NCBI GenBank assembly: GCA_963733195.1
Contig: CAVTCR010000009.1
Location: 64,001-128,000, forward strand
DNA length: 64,000 bases
Direction: 5' to 3'
Origin: an uncultured delta proteobacterium
Lineage (GTDB): Bacteria > Desulfobacterota > Binatia > Bin18
In this document: positions 46,875 through 57,259 of the stretch, piece by piece
Layout: the number at the start of each line of letters is the position of its first letter
How positions within the stretch are numbered: position 1 is the first letter of the stretch
Made by a program: the position numbers and the translations under genes
Notes under the pieces: generated by a model
The model's database searches: none
The model's input: the letters and a program-made list of their open reading frames with translations, nothing else
Told to the model about the DNA's origin: nothing

Positions 46875-47912
46875 TTACGTACTCGCCCCCACAATCCCCG
46901 CCATCAGTTTGAACGCCTGCGGCTGACTCGACTGCACCAGCATCGTGGAAACGCCAGCGTCCTCCCATGTTTTGAAGCGTTGACGAATACGCGACTCAGG
47001 ACCGCACAACGACATTTCATCACAGAGTTCATCTGGGACGAGTGCTGTCGCTTCTTGTTTACGACCGGAGAGATAGAGGTCCTGAATTTTCGCTGCGACG
47101 TCACCATAACCGTACCGCGAAACCATCTCGTTATGGAAATTTTTGTTCTTCGCCCCCATACCGCCGACATAGAGTGCGAGCGTCGGCTTTAGCTGCGCCA
47201 GGCAGGCTTTGACATCATCACCGATGACAACGGTGCAACCAGCGGCAACGTCAAAATCTTTCCATGACTTGCTGTTACCTGCACGTTGGAAACCTTCTTC
47301 GATAGCCGGTTTGAACATGCCCATGCGTTGCGGTGAGAACCAGATTGGTAGCCAGCCATCAGCGACTTCGGCGGTAAGTCGAATACTCTGGGGCTGCATC
47401 GTTGCGAGATAGATTGGCAACTGTCGTCCATGCAGGATCGACTTCAACGGCTTGCCGAGACCCGTAGCATCAGCACCACGATAAGGTACCTGATAGGCTT
47501 TGCCTTCGAGGACAACCGGTTTCTCTCGTGCCCAGATTTGTCGCAGGATATTCACGTATTCGCGCAACCGAGCGACCGGCTTGTCATAGGGTTGCCCGTG
47601 CCAACCTTCGACTACTTGCGGGCCAGAGAGACCGAGACCGACCAGCACGCGCCCACCGCCAGCAAGGGCATCAAGCGTAGACATCGTCATGGCACACATT
47701 GCTGGCGTACGACCTGCAAGTTGCATGATACCAGTGCCGAACTTGATGCGTGAGGTTTTGGCTGCGAGATATGCCAACGGCGTCACTGCATCCGATCCGT
47801 AGGCTTCCGCGGTCCACACCGAATCATAGCCAAGTCGTTCTGCTTCGAGCACGAAATCGACCGGCAGTTTAACCTCACTACCAGTATAGCCAATGCTGAT
47901 GCCGAGTTTCAT
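46875..47912 (-). CDS. LLM-class probable F420-dependent oxidoreductase
   Basis: WTAEAYGSDA, SGPQVVEGWHG, LYVGGMGA..KNFH motifs. Confidence 0.92.
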   Translation of the reverse strand: MKLGISIGYTGSEVKLPVDFVLEAERLGYDSVWTAEAYGSDAVTPLAYLAAKTSRIKFGTGIMQLAGRTPAMCAMTMSTLDALAGGGRVLVGLGLSGPQVVEGWHGQPYDKPVARLREYVNILRQIWAREKPVVLEGKAYQVPYRGADATGLGKPLKSILHGRQLPIYLATMQPQSIRLTAEVADGWLPIWFSPQRMGMFKPAIEEGFQRAGNSKSWKDFDVAAGCTVVIGDDVKACLAQLKPTLALYVGGMGAKNKNFHNEMVSRYGYGDVAAKIQDLYLSGRKQEATALVPDELCDEMSLCGPESRIRQRFKTWEDAGVSTMLVQSSQPQAFKLMAGIVGAST

Positions 47913-47922
47913 GTATGCCTCC

Positions 47923-47990
47923 TAATCCGTTCGTCCTGAGCGTACCCTGAGCTTGTCGAAGGGGAAGTCGAAGGATGAACAGGGGATTAT
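47923..47990. repeat. Self-nested small repeat
   Basis: CCGTTCGTCCTGAGC[GTACCCTGAGCTTGTCGAAGGG]GAAGTCGAAGGATGAAC. Confidence 0.8.
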
Positions 47991-48085
47991 TGCTCGTGCC
48001 GAGAATGACCCCGGCCCACTGCTACCCGTGCAGCAGCGGTACGTCAATCGGGGATCAGAAACGGGGTAGCTAGCGTCCGTCCTAT

Positions 48086-48197
48086 GGTAGTGCTATCCAG
48101 GTAATGCTCTGCTGAGAGCATACTGCAAAAAAGCTCTGCTGATTCACTCCGGTGCAGAGTAGTATTTGCTTGCTGGCATTACTTGGATACCACTACC
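48086..48197. mobile_element. 112-bp MITE-like element with 22-bp terminal inverted repeats
   Basis: GGTAGTGCTATCCAGGTAATGC and GCATTACTTGGATACCACTACC match at 20/22; IS1-like GGTAGTG ends; no target duplication seen. Confidence 0.7.
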
Positions 48198-48238
48198 CAA
48201 ATGTTGTCCTTCAACGGCATCCAGGAACTGACACCTGA

Positions 48239-49095
48239 GAGGCTGTCTGAGAAGTTCAAACCGGTGCCAACCGTCTGAGCATCAAGCGAATCATCGCGAT
48301 GTAAATCATGGCTTCACTGCTAGCGGGTAACACCTCATAGTCTTTGCTCAAGCGACGATACTGATTGAGCCAGGCCCAAGTCCGCTCCACGATCCAGCGG
48401 CGCGGGAGGACCACGAACCCCTTCTGTGCGTCGGACCGAAGCACGGGCTGTAAGCGAAACCAAAAGTGCGTAGCTCCCACCCGACCAACTGGCCCCGATA
48501 GGCCCCATCCACCCATATCACCCGCAGCTTCTTGCACGCCCCACCCACGCGGCGCAACAAGCACCGCGCCCCGGCGGGGTCCGAGCACGACGCGACCGTC
48601 ACGACTACCACCATCACCAACCCCAAAGTATCGACGAGCAGATGCCGCTTCCGCCCTTTGACCTGTTTGCCCGCATCATAGCCCCGCACGCCCTCGATCT
48701 CCGTCGTCTTGACACTTTGACTGTCCAGACACCCGGCTGTCGGATGTTTATGCCGCCCGGCTTGCTGCCGGACCCGCGCTCGTAGCGTGTCGTGCAGCCG
48801 CTGCCACGTGCCGTTGTCCCTCCACTGGCGAAAATAATGGTACACACTCTTCCAGTTCGGATATTCGCGAGGTAACATCCGCCACTTGATCCCCCCGACC
48901 ACAACATACAGAATCGCGTTCAGGACTTGGCGCATGTCCAGGGTCCGCGGTCGCCCGCCCGGCTTTGCGGGCGGAATCAATTCTTTGCTAATGTCCCATT
49001 GACTGTCGGTTAAATCCGTTGGGTATAATTGGTTATGCATTCTCCAACGATACCCACCTGAGCCGATCGACAGTCAACCCTTCTCAGACAGCCTC
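48239..49095 (-). mobile_element. IS5 family (IS1031-like group) element, 857 bp; transposase 48256-49040 has one frameshift
   Basis: Perfect 16-bp TIRs GAGGCTGTCTGAGAAG; 3-bp TGA duplication on both sides; YPTDLTD.QW, DSQSVK, KGRKRH and RWIVERT motifs. Confidence 0.95.
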
Positions 49096-49103
49096 TGAGA
49101 CGC

Positions 49104-49219
49104 TCACTTGGGAAAGAGGAACTGAATTGGGACGCGTAGTTGCCAATCCGGTCCGAACTCGGGCTTCTCGGCGTTGTAGAATGCCTGAATCTGTGTGTTG
49201 ACCGGCAGCCCAACTTTGC
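49104..49219 (-). pseudogene. C-terminal remnant of an outer-membrane beta-barrel-like gene
   Basis: KVGLPVNTQIQAFYNAEKPEFGPDWQLRV..QFLFPK, cut exactly at the IS1 end. Confidence 0.55.
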
Positions 49220-50063
49220 GGTCGTGTCTCCCCTTTGTTGATAGGAGAAAAGACAGGTATCGTGTGGTCAGAAGGAGAAACAACCGATGGCTGAGGCAGC
49301 AGTAAAGTGTCCCCATTGTCAGAGTAAGGCGGTCGTGAAGTATGGCAAGACGAGCAATGGCAAGGAGCGGTGTCGCTGTCAGCAAAGCGCGGCGTGTGGG
49401 CGGACATTTTTACGCAGCTCTGCCTCTCCCGGCTGTTTGCCGACAGTGAAGCAGCAGAGCGTGGACCTGACACTCAAGGGGAGGGGGATCCGCGATAGTG
49501 CCCGCGTCCTGCAGGTCGGGTCCAACCCGGGCTTCGCGAATTAAAAAAAAGCCGCCGGGCTGTCCCAGGTCAACACGAGCGGCGGGCGAGGGCTGTTGTC
49601 CGGAGGCGCTCACGGTCGAAGTGCGGCGCGTCGAAGCCGCAGAGGGCGATGAGAGGTGGAGTTTCGTGCAAAGCAAAGCCCCCCAGCGCTGGTTGTGGCA
49701 GGCGATTGATCATGTGAGCGGCGTGGTCCTGGCGTCTGTCTTCGGCAGTCGAGCGGACTCAGTCTTCATCGAGTTGCAGAAGTTGCTCAAGCCTTTTGGC
49801 CTGGAGCCCTTCTACACGGCTGCGGCGGGCGTCTCTGCGCGGCCCCTTCCCACAGCCGCGCACACCATGGGCAAAATCAACCCCCAGCAGCTCGAACGCA
49901 AACATCTCACGCGACGGACCCGAATCAAGCGCTTAGCTCGCAAAACAATTTGGTTCTCGAAATCCGGGTTCATGCACGATACCGTCATAGGACTCTTTGT
50001 GCATCGCTATGAATTTGGCACACTCGTCTAAACTTCACGAACCAACAATTCGAGAACACGACC
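49220..50063 (+). mobile_element. IS1-family element (insA 49287; insB to 50031), degenerate
   Basis: TIRs GGTCGTGT...TTGTTG; InsA CPHC..C..C zinc finger; A8 slippery run at 49543-49550; DERWSFV and ERKH..RTRIKRL.RKT motifs; the YTD Asp is replaced by Ala. Confidence 0.9.
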
Positions 50064-50802
50064 GCAGGAGGTGGTCCTGCCCGCCTGGGGTAAGAAAGTG
50101 GTAGTGGTAGCGGATGCGGCCTATCCCGCGCGCGCGAATCTGCAAGCGATTCAAGCCCGCGGCTGGTACTTTGTGATCGCCTTTCCGCGCACCTGGCAGC
50201 TGGCCAACGGCCAATAGCTGCGCGATCTTGTGCCCCATTTGCCGATCCCTCATTATCGTCAAGTCCGCGTCCCCTTGGTGGTCCCTAACACCCAGCGCCG
50301 GGTCTTCTGGACGTTTGCCCAGCAGGCACAGTGGGCGCACGTGGGAGAGGTCACCGTGGTGCTCAGTCGCCGGCGGCGTAACGAGAGCCCCAAACACACC
50401 AAACTGCTCGTGACCAATCTACCGCACGCGACCGCGCCCCTGACCGTGGCACTCTATCTGCGACGCTGGCCGGTGGAACTCTGTATCAAAGAACTCAAGA
50501 GCGTTGTGGGGTTGGGACAACATCCAGTCACCAAGGACGTGGCCCGGGTGGAGCGTTCGGTCGCAGTAGCGGTGATGGCGTACCTGCTGTTGCTGCGGCT
50601 GCGAGCGAAGCAGATCAAGCCAGGAACAATCCTGGAGTGCGTTCACGCTCAAGCAAGAGTTGGCGTGGGAGTGGGGCATGGACCACCTGCATCGGACGGT
50701 CCGGCAAGAAGCCCGCAAGGAGATCCGTCGGCAACGGACAGCTGAACCGCCCCCATTGCGGCTGGCAGCGTAAGCACCTCGCTCAACCTGTCAACTTTGA
50801 GT
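50064..50802 (+). mobile_element. IS701/IS4-like DDE transposase fragment
   Basis: VVADAAY, LLVTNL and Y.RRW.VE..IKELKS motifs; in-frame TAG at 50215; 5' part removed at the IS1 end; candidate terminus TGTCAACTTTGAGT. Confidence 0.75.
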
Positions 50803-50826
50803 AAATAAGGAATCCCGCTCTTTCTT

Positions 50827-50999
50827 CCCCTCATCCTGACCTTCTCCCGAAGGGAGAAGGAACCTCAGGTCGTACTTGCCTAAAGAGTGCCGAACAGTAT
50901 TGCATCGACAGCCCCGCTGAGGCTGAGATCCAAATCCATGGATACGAGGAACGCCCCAGACGGGGCGCTTGAGGATAGCCGGGGAATTCATTCCCCGGC
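50827..50999. repeat. Cluster of REP-like palindromes
   Basis: CCTTCTCCCGAAGGGAGAAGG; CGCCCCAGACGGGGCG; GCCGGGGAATTCATTCCCCGGC. Confidence 0.65.
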
Positions 51000-51010
51000 A
51001 CGCTTTCTCG

Positions 51011-52144
51011 TTACTTGCCAGCCCGAGTCGTTGCTGACGTGCTCACATCCACCGCCGTGCGACGCGGTTGCGGCGACGGCTTCCAGCTCTTAATCTCGGG
51101 GCCGACTTCTTTGGCGAATAGCTTCATGCACTGTTCGACTTGGTCATACGGTATGCTTTGGTAGCTGAACGCACCGTTGACTTCAAAGTCACCAATCAGT
51201 TCGCGACGTTTGCGCAATTTGGCAAGGATCATGTCAGGCGTTCCCCACAGGTTCGCACTGAGGAAATCTTCCACGACTGCATCTTGACCCGCAGTCTTCA
51301 TTGCTTCCGATGCCTTGGCGTAATGCTGATACGAATTACCAGTGCCAGCAAAATGGTCGCCGAGCATTTCGTAGTGCTCCATCACACTAAAGTAGTAGCC
51401 GACTATGTTCTTATGCGCGACTTCTTCAGCTTTCTTCTGGTCAGGATAGCAAGCAACGAAGTCAGCAATGTGGATCGGTGGTGCTTCCTCTCCGTTATTC
51501 TTCTGGCGATATTCTTCACGATACGCCCAGATGACATCAGCGACCTTCTCCCATGACATTTGCGAGAACAACATCGCGCCAAGTCCGAGAGATGCTGCCA
51601 CTGAGAATGACTCAGGCGACATACACACCATATAACGGCGGCCTTTGAAACTCTTGATCGGGCGCGGACGCACTTCGATACGACTCTGTGGATAGTATTT
51701 ACCGTTGCCTTCGACGAAACCGGTTTCCAGACCTTTGACGATCATCTCAGAGGCTTCGTTAAAACGATCGCGCGCTTCGGACATGTCAACGCCCATCCCA
51801 CGATATTCCCGACGTGCGAGCCCACGTCCAAGGCCAAGTACAGCACGACCATCAGACAGATGATCAAGCAGCACCATTTTTTCTACCATACGCATTGGAT
51901 TGTTCCACGGAACAATAATCGCGCCAGTTGCCAGCTCGATGCGCTCGGTCCGTGCCGCAACATAACTGAGATACTGCATATTGTCCGGGCAGATCGAATA
52001 GTCGAAGAAGTGATGTTCTACTGGCCACAGGATGTCGTATCCCCAGCCCTCTGCTTCAATCGCCAGACGCAATTCGTGTTTGTACATCTCGCGGTCGGAG
52101 TAATCTTTATGGTTCTGAATGACCATCTGAATGCCAACTCTCAT
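51011..52144 (-). CDS. LLM-class flavin-dependent oxidoreductase
   Basis: WPVEHHFFDY, LDHLSDGR..LGLGRG and VRPRP motifs; AAAGGAG RBS. Confidence 0.92.
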   Translation of the reverse strand: MRVGIQMVIQNHKDYSDREMYKHELRLAIEAEGWGYDILWPVEHHFFDYSICPDNMQYLSYVAARTERIELATGAIIVPWNNPMRMVEKMVLLDHLSDGRAVLGLGRGLARREYRGMGVDMSEARDRFNEASEMIVKGLETGFVEGNGKYYPQSRIEVRPRPIKSFKGRRYMVCMSPESFSVAASLGLGAMLFSQMSWEKVADVIWAYREEYRQKNNGEEAPPIHIADFVACYPDQKKAEEVAHKNIVGYYFSVMEHYEMLGDHFAGTGNSYQHYAKASEAMKTAGQDAVVEDFLSANLWGTPDMILAKLRKRRELIGDFEVNGAFSYQSIPYDQVEQCMKLFAKEVGPEIKSWKPSPQPRRTAVDVSTSATTRAGK

Positions 52145-52265
52145 GTCGACTCCTTTCGTGTCACTCCGCACGAGGCTTTCCAGGGCATCGGGCAGGAGCA
52201 GGAAGAATTTGTGCGGTACGCTACCTTAATCAGATAGAGAGGGCAAGAAGAAGCGCTCACACAAC

Positions 52266-53144
52266 TCAATACAGCTCCCCATCCTGGACCACTCTCTCCT
52301 CCTGAATGAGTTTCCCGAGGTGAAATTGCATCGAGTTCTTTTCGACTGCATCAATCCAGACGAGGTTGTCGTAGTCTTTACGATACACAATCCGCTTCTT
52401 AATGATGTCAGTTAAAGTGCGGGGATGAGCAAGAAACTCTAACAGCAACTCCTCACGCTCATAGACGATATCGAGGTAACGCTGGACCACCGCTTCTTGA
52501 TCCTTCTCGCAAATGCCTACGTGGTGGAAACTGACCAGCGTATTGCTACTCAACGCCCGAATCTGCTCCAGCGACGTGATAGTAGAAACAAGATCAGAGG
52601 TGGCATCTCCATAAACCGGCCCGAACCTGGTGAGATCCCAATCGCCTAAGAACAAGAGTCCTTCATTTTCAAAGAAGAAACAGCAATGTCCGCCGGTGTG
52701 TCCAGGCATATGCAGCACCCGCATACGGGTATGGCCGAAGTCGAACACTTGGCCATCCTGAAGCTCAATGATCTGTTCGCGTGGCTGATAGTGATATTTC
52801 TCGACCAGGACAGGTTTCCAGATTTCGTTGGCAGCTTCATTCATACCGTAATAATCAAAGAGGGTATCGAGCGAGCGCATCGCCGGGGCGTCGAGTGCGT
52901 GGATATGTAATGGCACCTCAGGAAACCAATGATTCCCGATCCAGTGATCTTCGTGGTAATGACTATTGATCAGCATATCCACAGGTCGGTCTGTCACCTC
53001 CCCTCGCATTTCGTACACCGTCTGTGAAGAGTCAATCAGTGCGGTAATGTCATCCTCAATCAGGATCGAGTTCCCATGCGGGTACTTACCGTTTCTTTCA
53101 CCGAGGATGACTTTGACTCGACCAAAACTGCGAATTTCTGCCAT
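52266..53144 (-). CDS. MBL-fold metallo-hydrolase
   Basis: SHYHEDH (HxHxDH), PGHTGGH, GD and distal H. Confidence 0.92.
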   Translation of the reverse strand: MAEIRSFGRVKVILGERNGKYPHGNSILIEDDITALIDSSQTVYEMRGEVTDRPVDMLINSHYHEDHWIGNHWFPEVPLHIHALDAPAMRSLDTLFDYYGMNEAANEIWKPVLVEKYHYQPREQIIELQDGQVFDFGHTRMRVLHMPGHTGGHCCFFFENEGLLFLGDWDLTRFGPVYGDATSDLVSTITSLEQIRALSSNTLVSFHHVGICEKDQEAVVQRYLDIVYEREELLLEFLAHPRTLTDIIKKRIVYRKDYDNLVWIDAVEKNSMQFHLGKLIQEERVVQDGELY

Positions 53145-53187
53145 GAAACCTCCATGACGCGATTGCTCTCGTTGAGGGCAGGATTAT

Positions 53188-54216
53188 ATGTTGAACTTCA
53201 TGAATCAAGAAGGTGGGACCGATTCCATATCAGCAATGTATGATCTCAATCGGCTTTTTGCTTTGCACCAAGCCGTGGAAACCTTCGACCTTTCTGCTCC
53301 GCCAACAGTGCGCCTTGTCTCTCCTGACACCGTACTGCCGCTCCGTCGTGTCGGAATTCTGTGTGGGTCATTTAACCCGCTGACGTTTGCCCATACCGAA
53401 CTTGCCAACCAAGCGATCGAGGTATTCGGACTTGATCACGTATTCTTTACGCTTGCCAAAGTCACAGTCGATAAAGAACAGGTGACCGGCATGAGCATAG
53501 AGGATCGCTTGTTGTCACTGTCTCTTTATGCCGAACAGCACACGAGGCTTGGAGTTGCGCTCGTTAATCGCGGACTGTATTTCGAGCAAGCCCAGGCATT
53601 TCACTCGTTGTTTGGAGACCAGACTGAGTTGAACTTTCTCATTGGCATGGACAAACTGCTGCAAATCTTCGATGCACGGTATTATCACGATCGGGACGCG
53701 GCGCTGAGGCAGCTCTTTAGTCTTGCCTCACTGATTGTTGCGAATCGCGGAGATATGGATGAGCAAAGTTTTACCCAATTACTCGATCGCCCAGAGAATC
53801 AACCGTTCCGACAACATATTCGCTTCTTTACTCTTCCGGAAAGCATCACCGATCTGTCCGCAACCCAAGTTCGCCAGAACCTCGCTGCAGCGCAGCCAAT
53901 CTCAGCGTATGTCCCTCCAGAAGTAGAAACATTCATCAGCGAAACCCGTGCCTATCAACCGCCGCTTCACTTCGACAATGAAGTAATCGACGCTTATGCT
54001 GTTCGCCAGACCTTGCTTGCCTCGTTGTACGTCGATCGTTCCTGGGTGGAGCAGGAAGTGGATTTTCACCGTCTTGTAACCGTCGCGCTCTCATCAGATG
54101 CACAAGGTCAAGCATTACGTCATACCGCCGACAGTAAAGACCTTGCGCGCTTGGTTCGCTCTCTCTCCCTCAAGCCTACAGCCTTGCGTTCTTTTTCTCC
54201 CCCCCGTGACAACTAA
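53188..54216 (+). CDS. Nicotinate/nicotinamide-nucleotide adenylyltransferase-like (cytidylyltransferase fold)
   Basis: GSFNPLTFAH (TxAH variant of HxGH), IGMDK..IFD.RYY and LSATQVR motifs. Confidence 0.8.
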   Translation: MLNFMNQEGGTDSISAMYDLNRLFALHQAVETFDLSAPPTVRLVSPDTVLPLRRVGILCGSFNPLTFAHTELANQAIEVFGLDHVFFTLAKVTVDKEQVTGMSIEDRLLSLSLYAEQHTRLGVALVNRGLYFEQAQAFHSLFGDQTELNFLIGMDKLLQIFDARYYHDRDAALRQLFSLASLIVANRGDMDEQSFTQLLDRPENQPFRQHIRFFTLPESITDLSATQVRQNLAAAQPISAYVPPEVETFISETRAYQPPLHFDNEVIDAYAVRQTLLASLYVDRSWVEQEVDFHRLVTVALSSDAQGQALRHTADSKDLARLVRSLSLKPTALRSFSPPRDN

Positions 54217-54307
54217 AAGCAGGGGTGCTTCGTTCTTTACTCTCCGGTTTCCTCATCTTACAGGCACCATAGCCCTTGAACCACGAAGTTTATATAATGT
54301 AGGAGTC

Positions 54308-55204
54308 ATGGAGCAGCCAACTACAACTCTTGTCATCCTCTTCGCCGACATTAGTGGGAGTACCCGCCTGTACGAAACCCTCGGTGATGCACTTGCTCGG
54401 CAGCGGGTTGCCGATTGTCTGTCGGTACTCACCGAAGCGATTCAGCAATGTGGGGGAACAGTCATCAAAACTATCGGCGATGAGGTGATGAGTACGTTCC
54501 CGAGTGCCGAAGTTGGGGTTCGGGCTGCCTGTGCCATGCAGGAGGCCCTGGCTGAGCGTGCTGCGCTCAGTAAAACCCCGCTCACCATTCGGGTCGGTTT
54601 GCACTATGGCCCTGCCCTGATCGAAGCTGGCGACGTTTTTGGTGATGTCGTCAATTTGGCGGCCCGGATTGTGGGTCTCGCAAAGGCGAATCAGATTCTC
54701 ACCTCACGCCAAACTGTTGACAGCCTTCCAGAAACAATGCGCACGATGACCCGTCACGTTGATCGCGCGCCACTCAAAGGGAAGCAAGAGGAAACCGATA
54801 TTTATGAAGTGATTTGGCGCGAGGACGAACTCACGCGCATGGAAGGCCCAAGCCTCTCTCCGCTCCCGACCACTTCAGGGACCCGGCTCAGTTTGCGCTT
54901 TCGCGGTAAAGAACTGGAAGTCAACCAAAATCACTCCGCGATCACCCTTGGTCGTGGGCAAGAGAATGACTTGGTGATTGCTGACGAATTCGCTTCACGG
55001 TTACATGCCCGTATTGAGTTTCGCCGCGGCAAATTCGTCCTCCTCGATCAAAGTACCAACGGCACCTTCGTCGCCACCCATGGAGAGAAGCCGTTGTACC
55101 TGCATCGTGAGGAATACCTGCTCCAGGGCACAGGAGCCATCAGTCTTGGACGTCCACTCGAAGGCGAGCCTCCAACCGTTATTCATTTTACTTGTGAACC
55201 GTAA
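54308..55204 (+). CDS. Class III adenylate cyclase with C-terminal FHA domain
   Basis: FADISGST, KTIGDEVM and DVFGDVVNLAAR; FHA motifs LGR, SRLHA and STNGTF; AGGAG RBS. Confidence 0.92.
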   Translation: MEQPTTTLVILFADISGSTRLYETLGDALARQRVADCLSVLTEAIQQCGGTVIKTIGDEVMSTFPSAEVGVRAACAMQEALAERAALSKTPLTIRVGLHYGPALIEAGDVFGDVVNLAARIVGLAKANQILTSRQTVDSLPETMRTMTRHVDRAPLKGKQEETDIYEVIWREDELTRMEGPSLSPLPTTSGTRLSLRFRGKELEVNQNHSAITLGRGQENDLVIADEFASRLHARIEFRRGKFVLLDQSTNGTFVATHGEKPLYLHREEYLLQGTGAISLGRPLEGEPPTVIHFTCEP

Positions 55205-55281
55205 GCTCGCAGAATTCTCACTGTTCTTCTTTGTCCAGGCCTCTCTTTTTTTCTTTTTCCTTCTCTTTCTGTGGAAAAGAT

Positions 55282-55311
55282 TTGACATTACAAAGTAGGG
55301 TTTAGTAGGCT
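55282..55311 (+). promoter_or_regulatory. Sigma70-like promoter of the pentose-phosphate operon
   Basis: TTGACA-N18-TAGGCT upstream of the transketolase gene. Confidence 0.5.
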
Positions 55312-55419
55312 GACAAAGGGACACCCAACACCCTCTTTCTCCTCCTCCTTGGTCCCTCAGCTGCGGTTACTATCTACACTCACCGTAACGGCATAACGGT
55401 CAGGAACGAGGAGAAACGT

Positions 55420-56253
55420 ATGAGTGACAATCAGGAACTCGATCGTCTCCGGGAAAAGGCCCAGCACATCCGTCGGTATATTATTGAGATGCTGGCAGCC
55501 GCAGGATCAGGTCACCCAGGTGGCAGCCTCTCGGCTGCTGACCTCGTCACCTGTCTGTATTTTAAGGTAATGCGCCATAAACCAGACGATCCAACCTGGC
55601 AGGATCGTGACCGTTTTATTCTGTCGAAAGGACATGCGTGTCCGGTGCTGTACGCGGCGCTGGCCGAGGCAGGATACATTACTCCAGACTTGTTGACCTC
55701 CTTGCGTCGCTTCGGCAGCCCGCTACAAGGACATCCCGACCGTCGCAAGTTTGGCCTCATGGAAGCGTCAACTGGTTCGCTGGGGATTGGTTTATCACTC
55801 GGCGTTGGTATGGCCCTCGCCGCTCGTCTACGGAACAGCCCTTCCCGTACCTACATCATGCTTGGGGATGGCGAGTGTGAAGAAGGACAGATTTGGGAAG
55901 CCGCGATGTGGGCGGCTCACCAGAAACTCGACAACCTCTGTGCTATCGTCGATTACAATCGCCTGCAACTTGACGCCAGTGTCGAGGAAATTACCAGCCT
56001 TGAACCACTGGCCGACAAATGGCGTGCGTTTCAGTGGAACGTACAGGAAATCGACGGCCATAATTACGAACACATCTTGAGCGCATTCACCCAAGCCCAA
56101 CAGACCAAAGGGAAACCCACGGTCTTGGTGGCCACGACGGTGAAAGGCAAAGGGGTGTCGTATATGGAGAATCAGATCAAATTTCATGGCAGTGTTCCCG
56201 AGAAAGCCGAACAAATCCAACAAGCCTTGCAGGAAATCACCACCGGGAGGTAA
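55420..56253 (+). CDS. Transketolase, N-terminal subunit
   Basis: SGHPGG, DRFILSKGH, LQGHP and GDGE..EG motifs. Confidence 0.95.
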   Translation: MSDNQELDRLREKAQHIRRYIIEMLAAAGSGHPGGSLSAADLVTCLYFKVMRHKPDDPTWQDRDRFILSKGHACPVLYAALAEAGYITPDLLTSLRRFGSPLQGHPDRRKFGLMEASTGSLGIGLSLGVGMALAARLRNSPSRTYIMLGDGECEEGQIWEAAMWAAHQKLDNLCAIVDYNRLQLDASVEEITSLEPLADKWRAFQWNVQEIDGHNYEHILSAFTQAQQTKGKPTVLVATTVKGKGVSYMENQIKFHGSVPEKAEQIQQALQEITTGR

Positions 56254-56258
56254 GCGCC

Positions 56259-57248
56259 ATGATCAAACGCTGGCCGACACAATGGGACATGGGCATGGCG
56301 ACGCGTGAGGCATATGGCCATGCGTTAGCACAACTAGGAGAAGAAAACCCCAAGGTCGTGGTCCTTGATGCCGACCTGTCAAAGTCGACCTACACATCTC
56401 TATTCGGCAAAAAATATCCAACTCGCTTCTTTGATGTTGGGATCGCTGAAGCCAATATGTGCGCCGTCGCCGCCGGGCTTGCCTCCGGTGGCTTCATCCC
56501 GTTCGCATCGAGTTTCGCTTCGTTTCTCTTGTGCAAAGGCTATGAACAACTGCGCATTTGTTGTTCATACATGGAAATGAACGTCAACTTTGTCGGCTCG
56601 CATGGCGGCATCAGCTTGGGTGAAGACGGCCCATCACAGCAATCGATTGAAGACATTACTCTTGCTTGTTGCCTCCCAGGTTTTACCGTAGCTATGCCTG
56701 CAGATGAGGTAGCAACGCGCGAATTGGTGCGTGCCGCCGCTGATCACTATGGGCCAGTCTATCTGCGTGTGAGTCGCCCACGCGCTGCGAAAATTTATCC
56801 TGCCGGAGAGCGCTTTGCCTTTGGTCGTGCGAAGACGCTTTCAGATGGTGAGGATGTCACCGTGATCGCCAATGGACTGATGGTTGCCCTGGCCTGCCAA
56901 GCAGCGGAATTGGCGGAGCGCAAAGGGATTCATACCCGAGTGATCGATTTACATACGGCCAAGCCACTTGATGAAGCCACTATCGAGATTGCGGCACGTG
57001 ATACTGGAGCGATTGTGATTGTCGAGGAGCATCTGAGCCGACCAGGACTCGGGTCACTCGTCGCTCAAGTCGTTGCCAATCGTTGTCCGGTGCCGATGGA
57101 GTTTGTCGGTCTGCCTGACAGTTTCGCTGAGTCTGGAACGCCACAAGAACTCTTTCGCGCGTATGGTCTGACGGTCGAACATGTTCTCGGTGCCATCCAG
57201 CAGGTCGTTCGGCGGAAAGATAAACGGCAACCAGTCGTAGTACGCTAG
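56259..57248 (+). CDS. Transketolase, C-terminal subunit
   Basis: DADLSKST, GIAEANM and GEDGPS motifs. Confidence 0.95.
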   Translation: MIKRWPTQWDMGMATREAYGHALAQLGEENPKVVVLDADLSKSTYTSLFGKKYPTRFFDVGIAEANMCAVAAGLASGGFIPFASSFASFLLCKGYEQLRICCSYMEMNVNFVGSHGGISLGEDGPSQQSIEDITLACCLPGFTVAMPADEVATRELVRAAADHYGPVYLRVSRPRAAKIYPAGERFAFGRAKTLSDGEDVTVIANGLMVALACQAAELAERKGIHTRVIDLHTAKPLDEATIEIAARDTGAIVIVEEHLSRPGLGSLVAQVVANRCPVPMEFVGLPDSFAESGTPQELFRAYGLTVEHVLGAIQQVVRRKDKRQPVVVR

Positions 57249-57259
57249 GAGGAGCGACG

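Noticed and set aside
48470-48490. Programmed frameshift in the IS5-family transposase
   Set aside because: The break has no slippery run and IS1031-like elements normally use one ORF; a 1-nt deletion explains it.
50215-50217. In-frame TAG as pyrrolysine
   Set aside because: It lies in a truncated, decaying transposase, so an ordinary nonsense mutation is more likely.
54098-54307. N-terminal extension of the FHA-cyclase ORF
   Set aside because: It overlaps the upstream gene; a TATAAT box and AGGAG RBS support the ATG at 54308.
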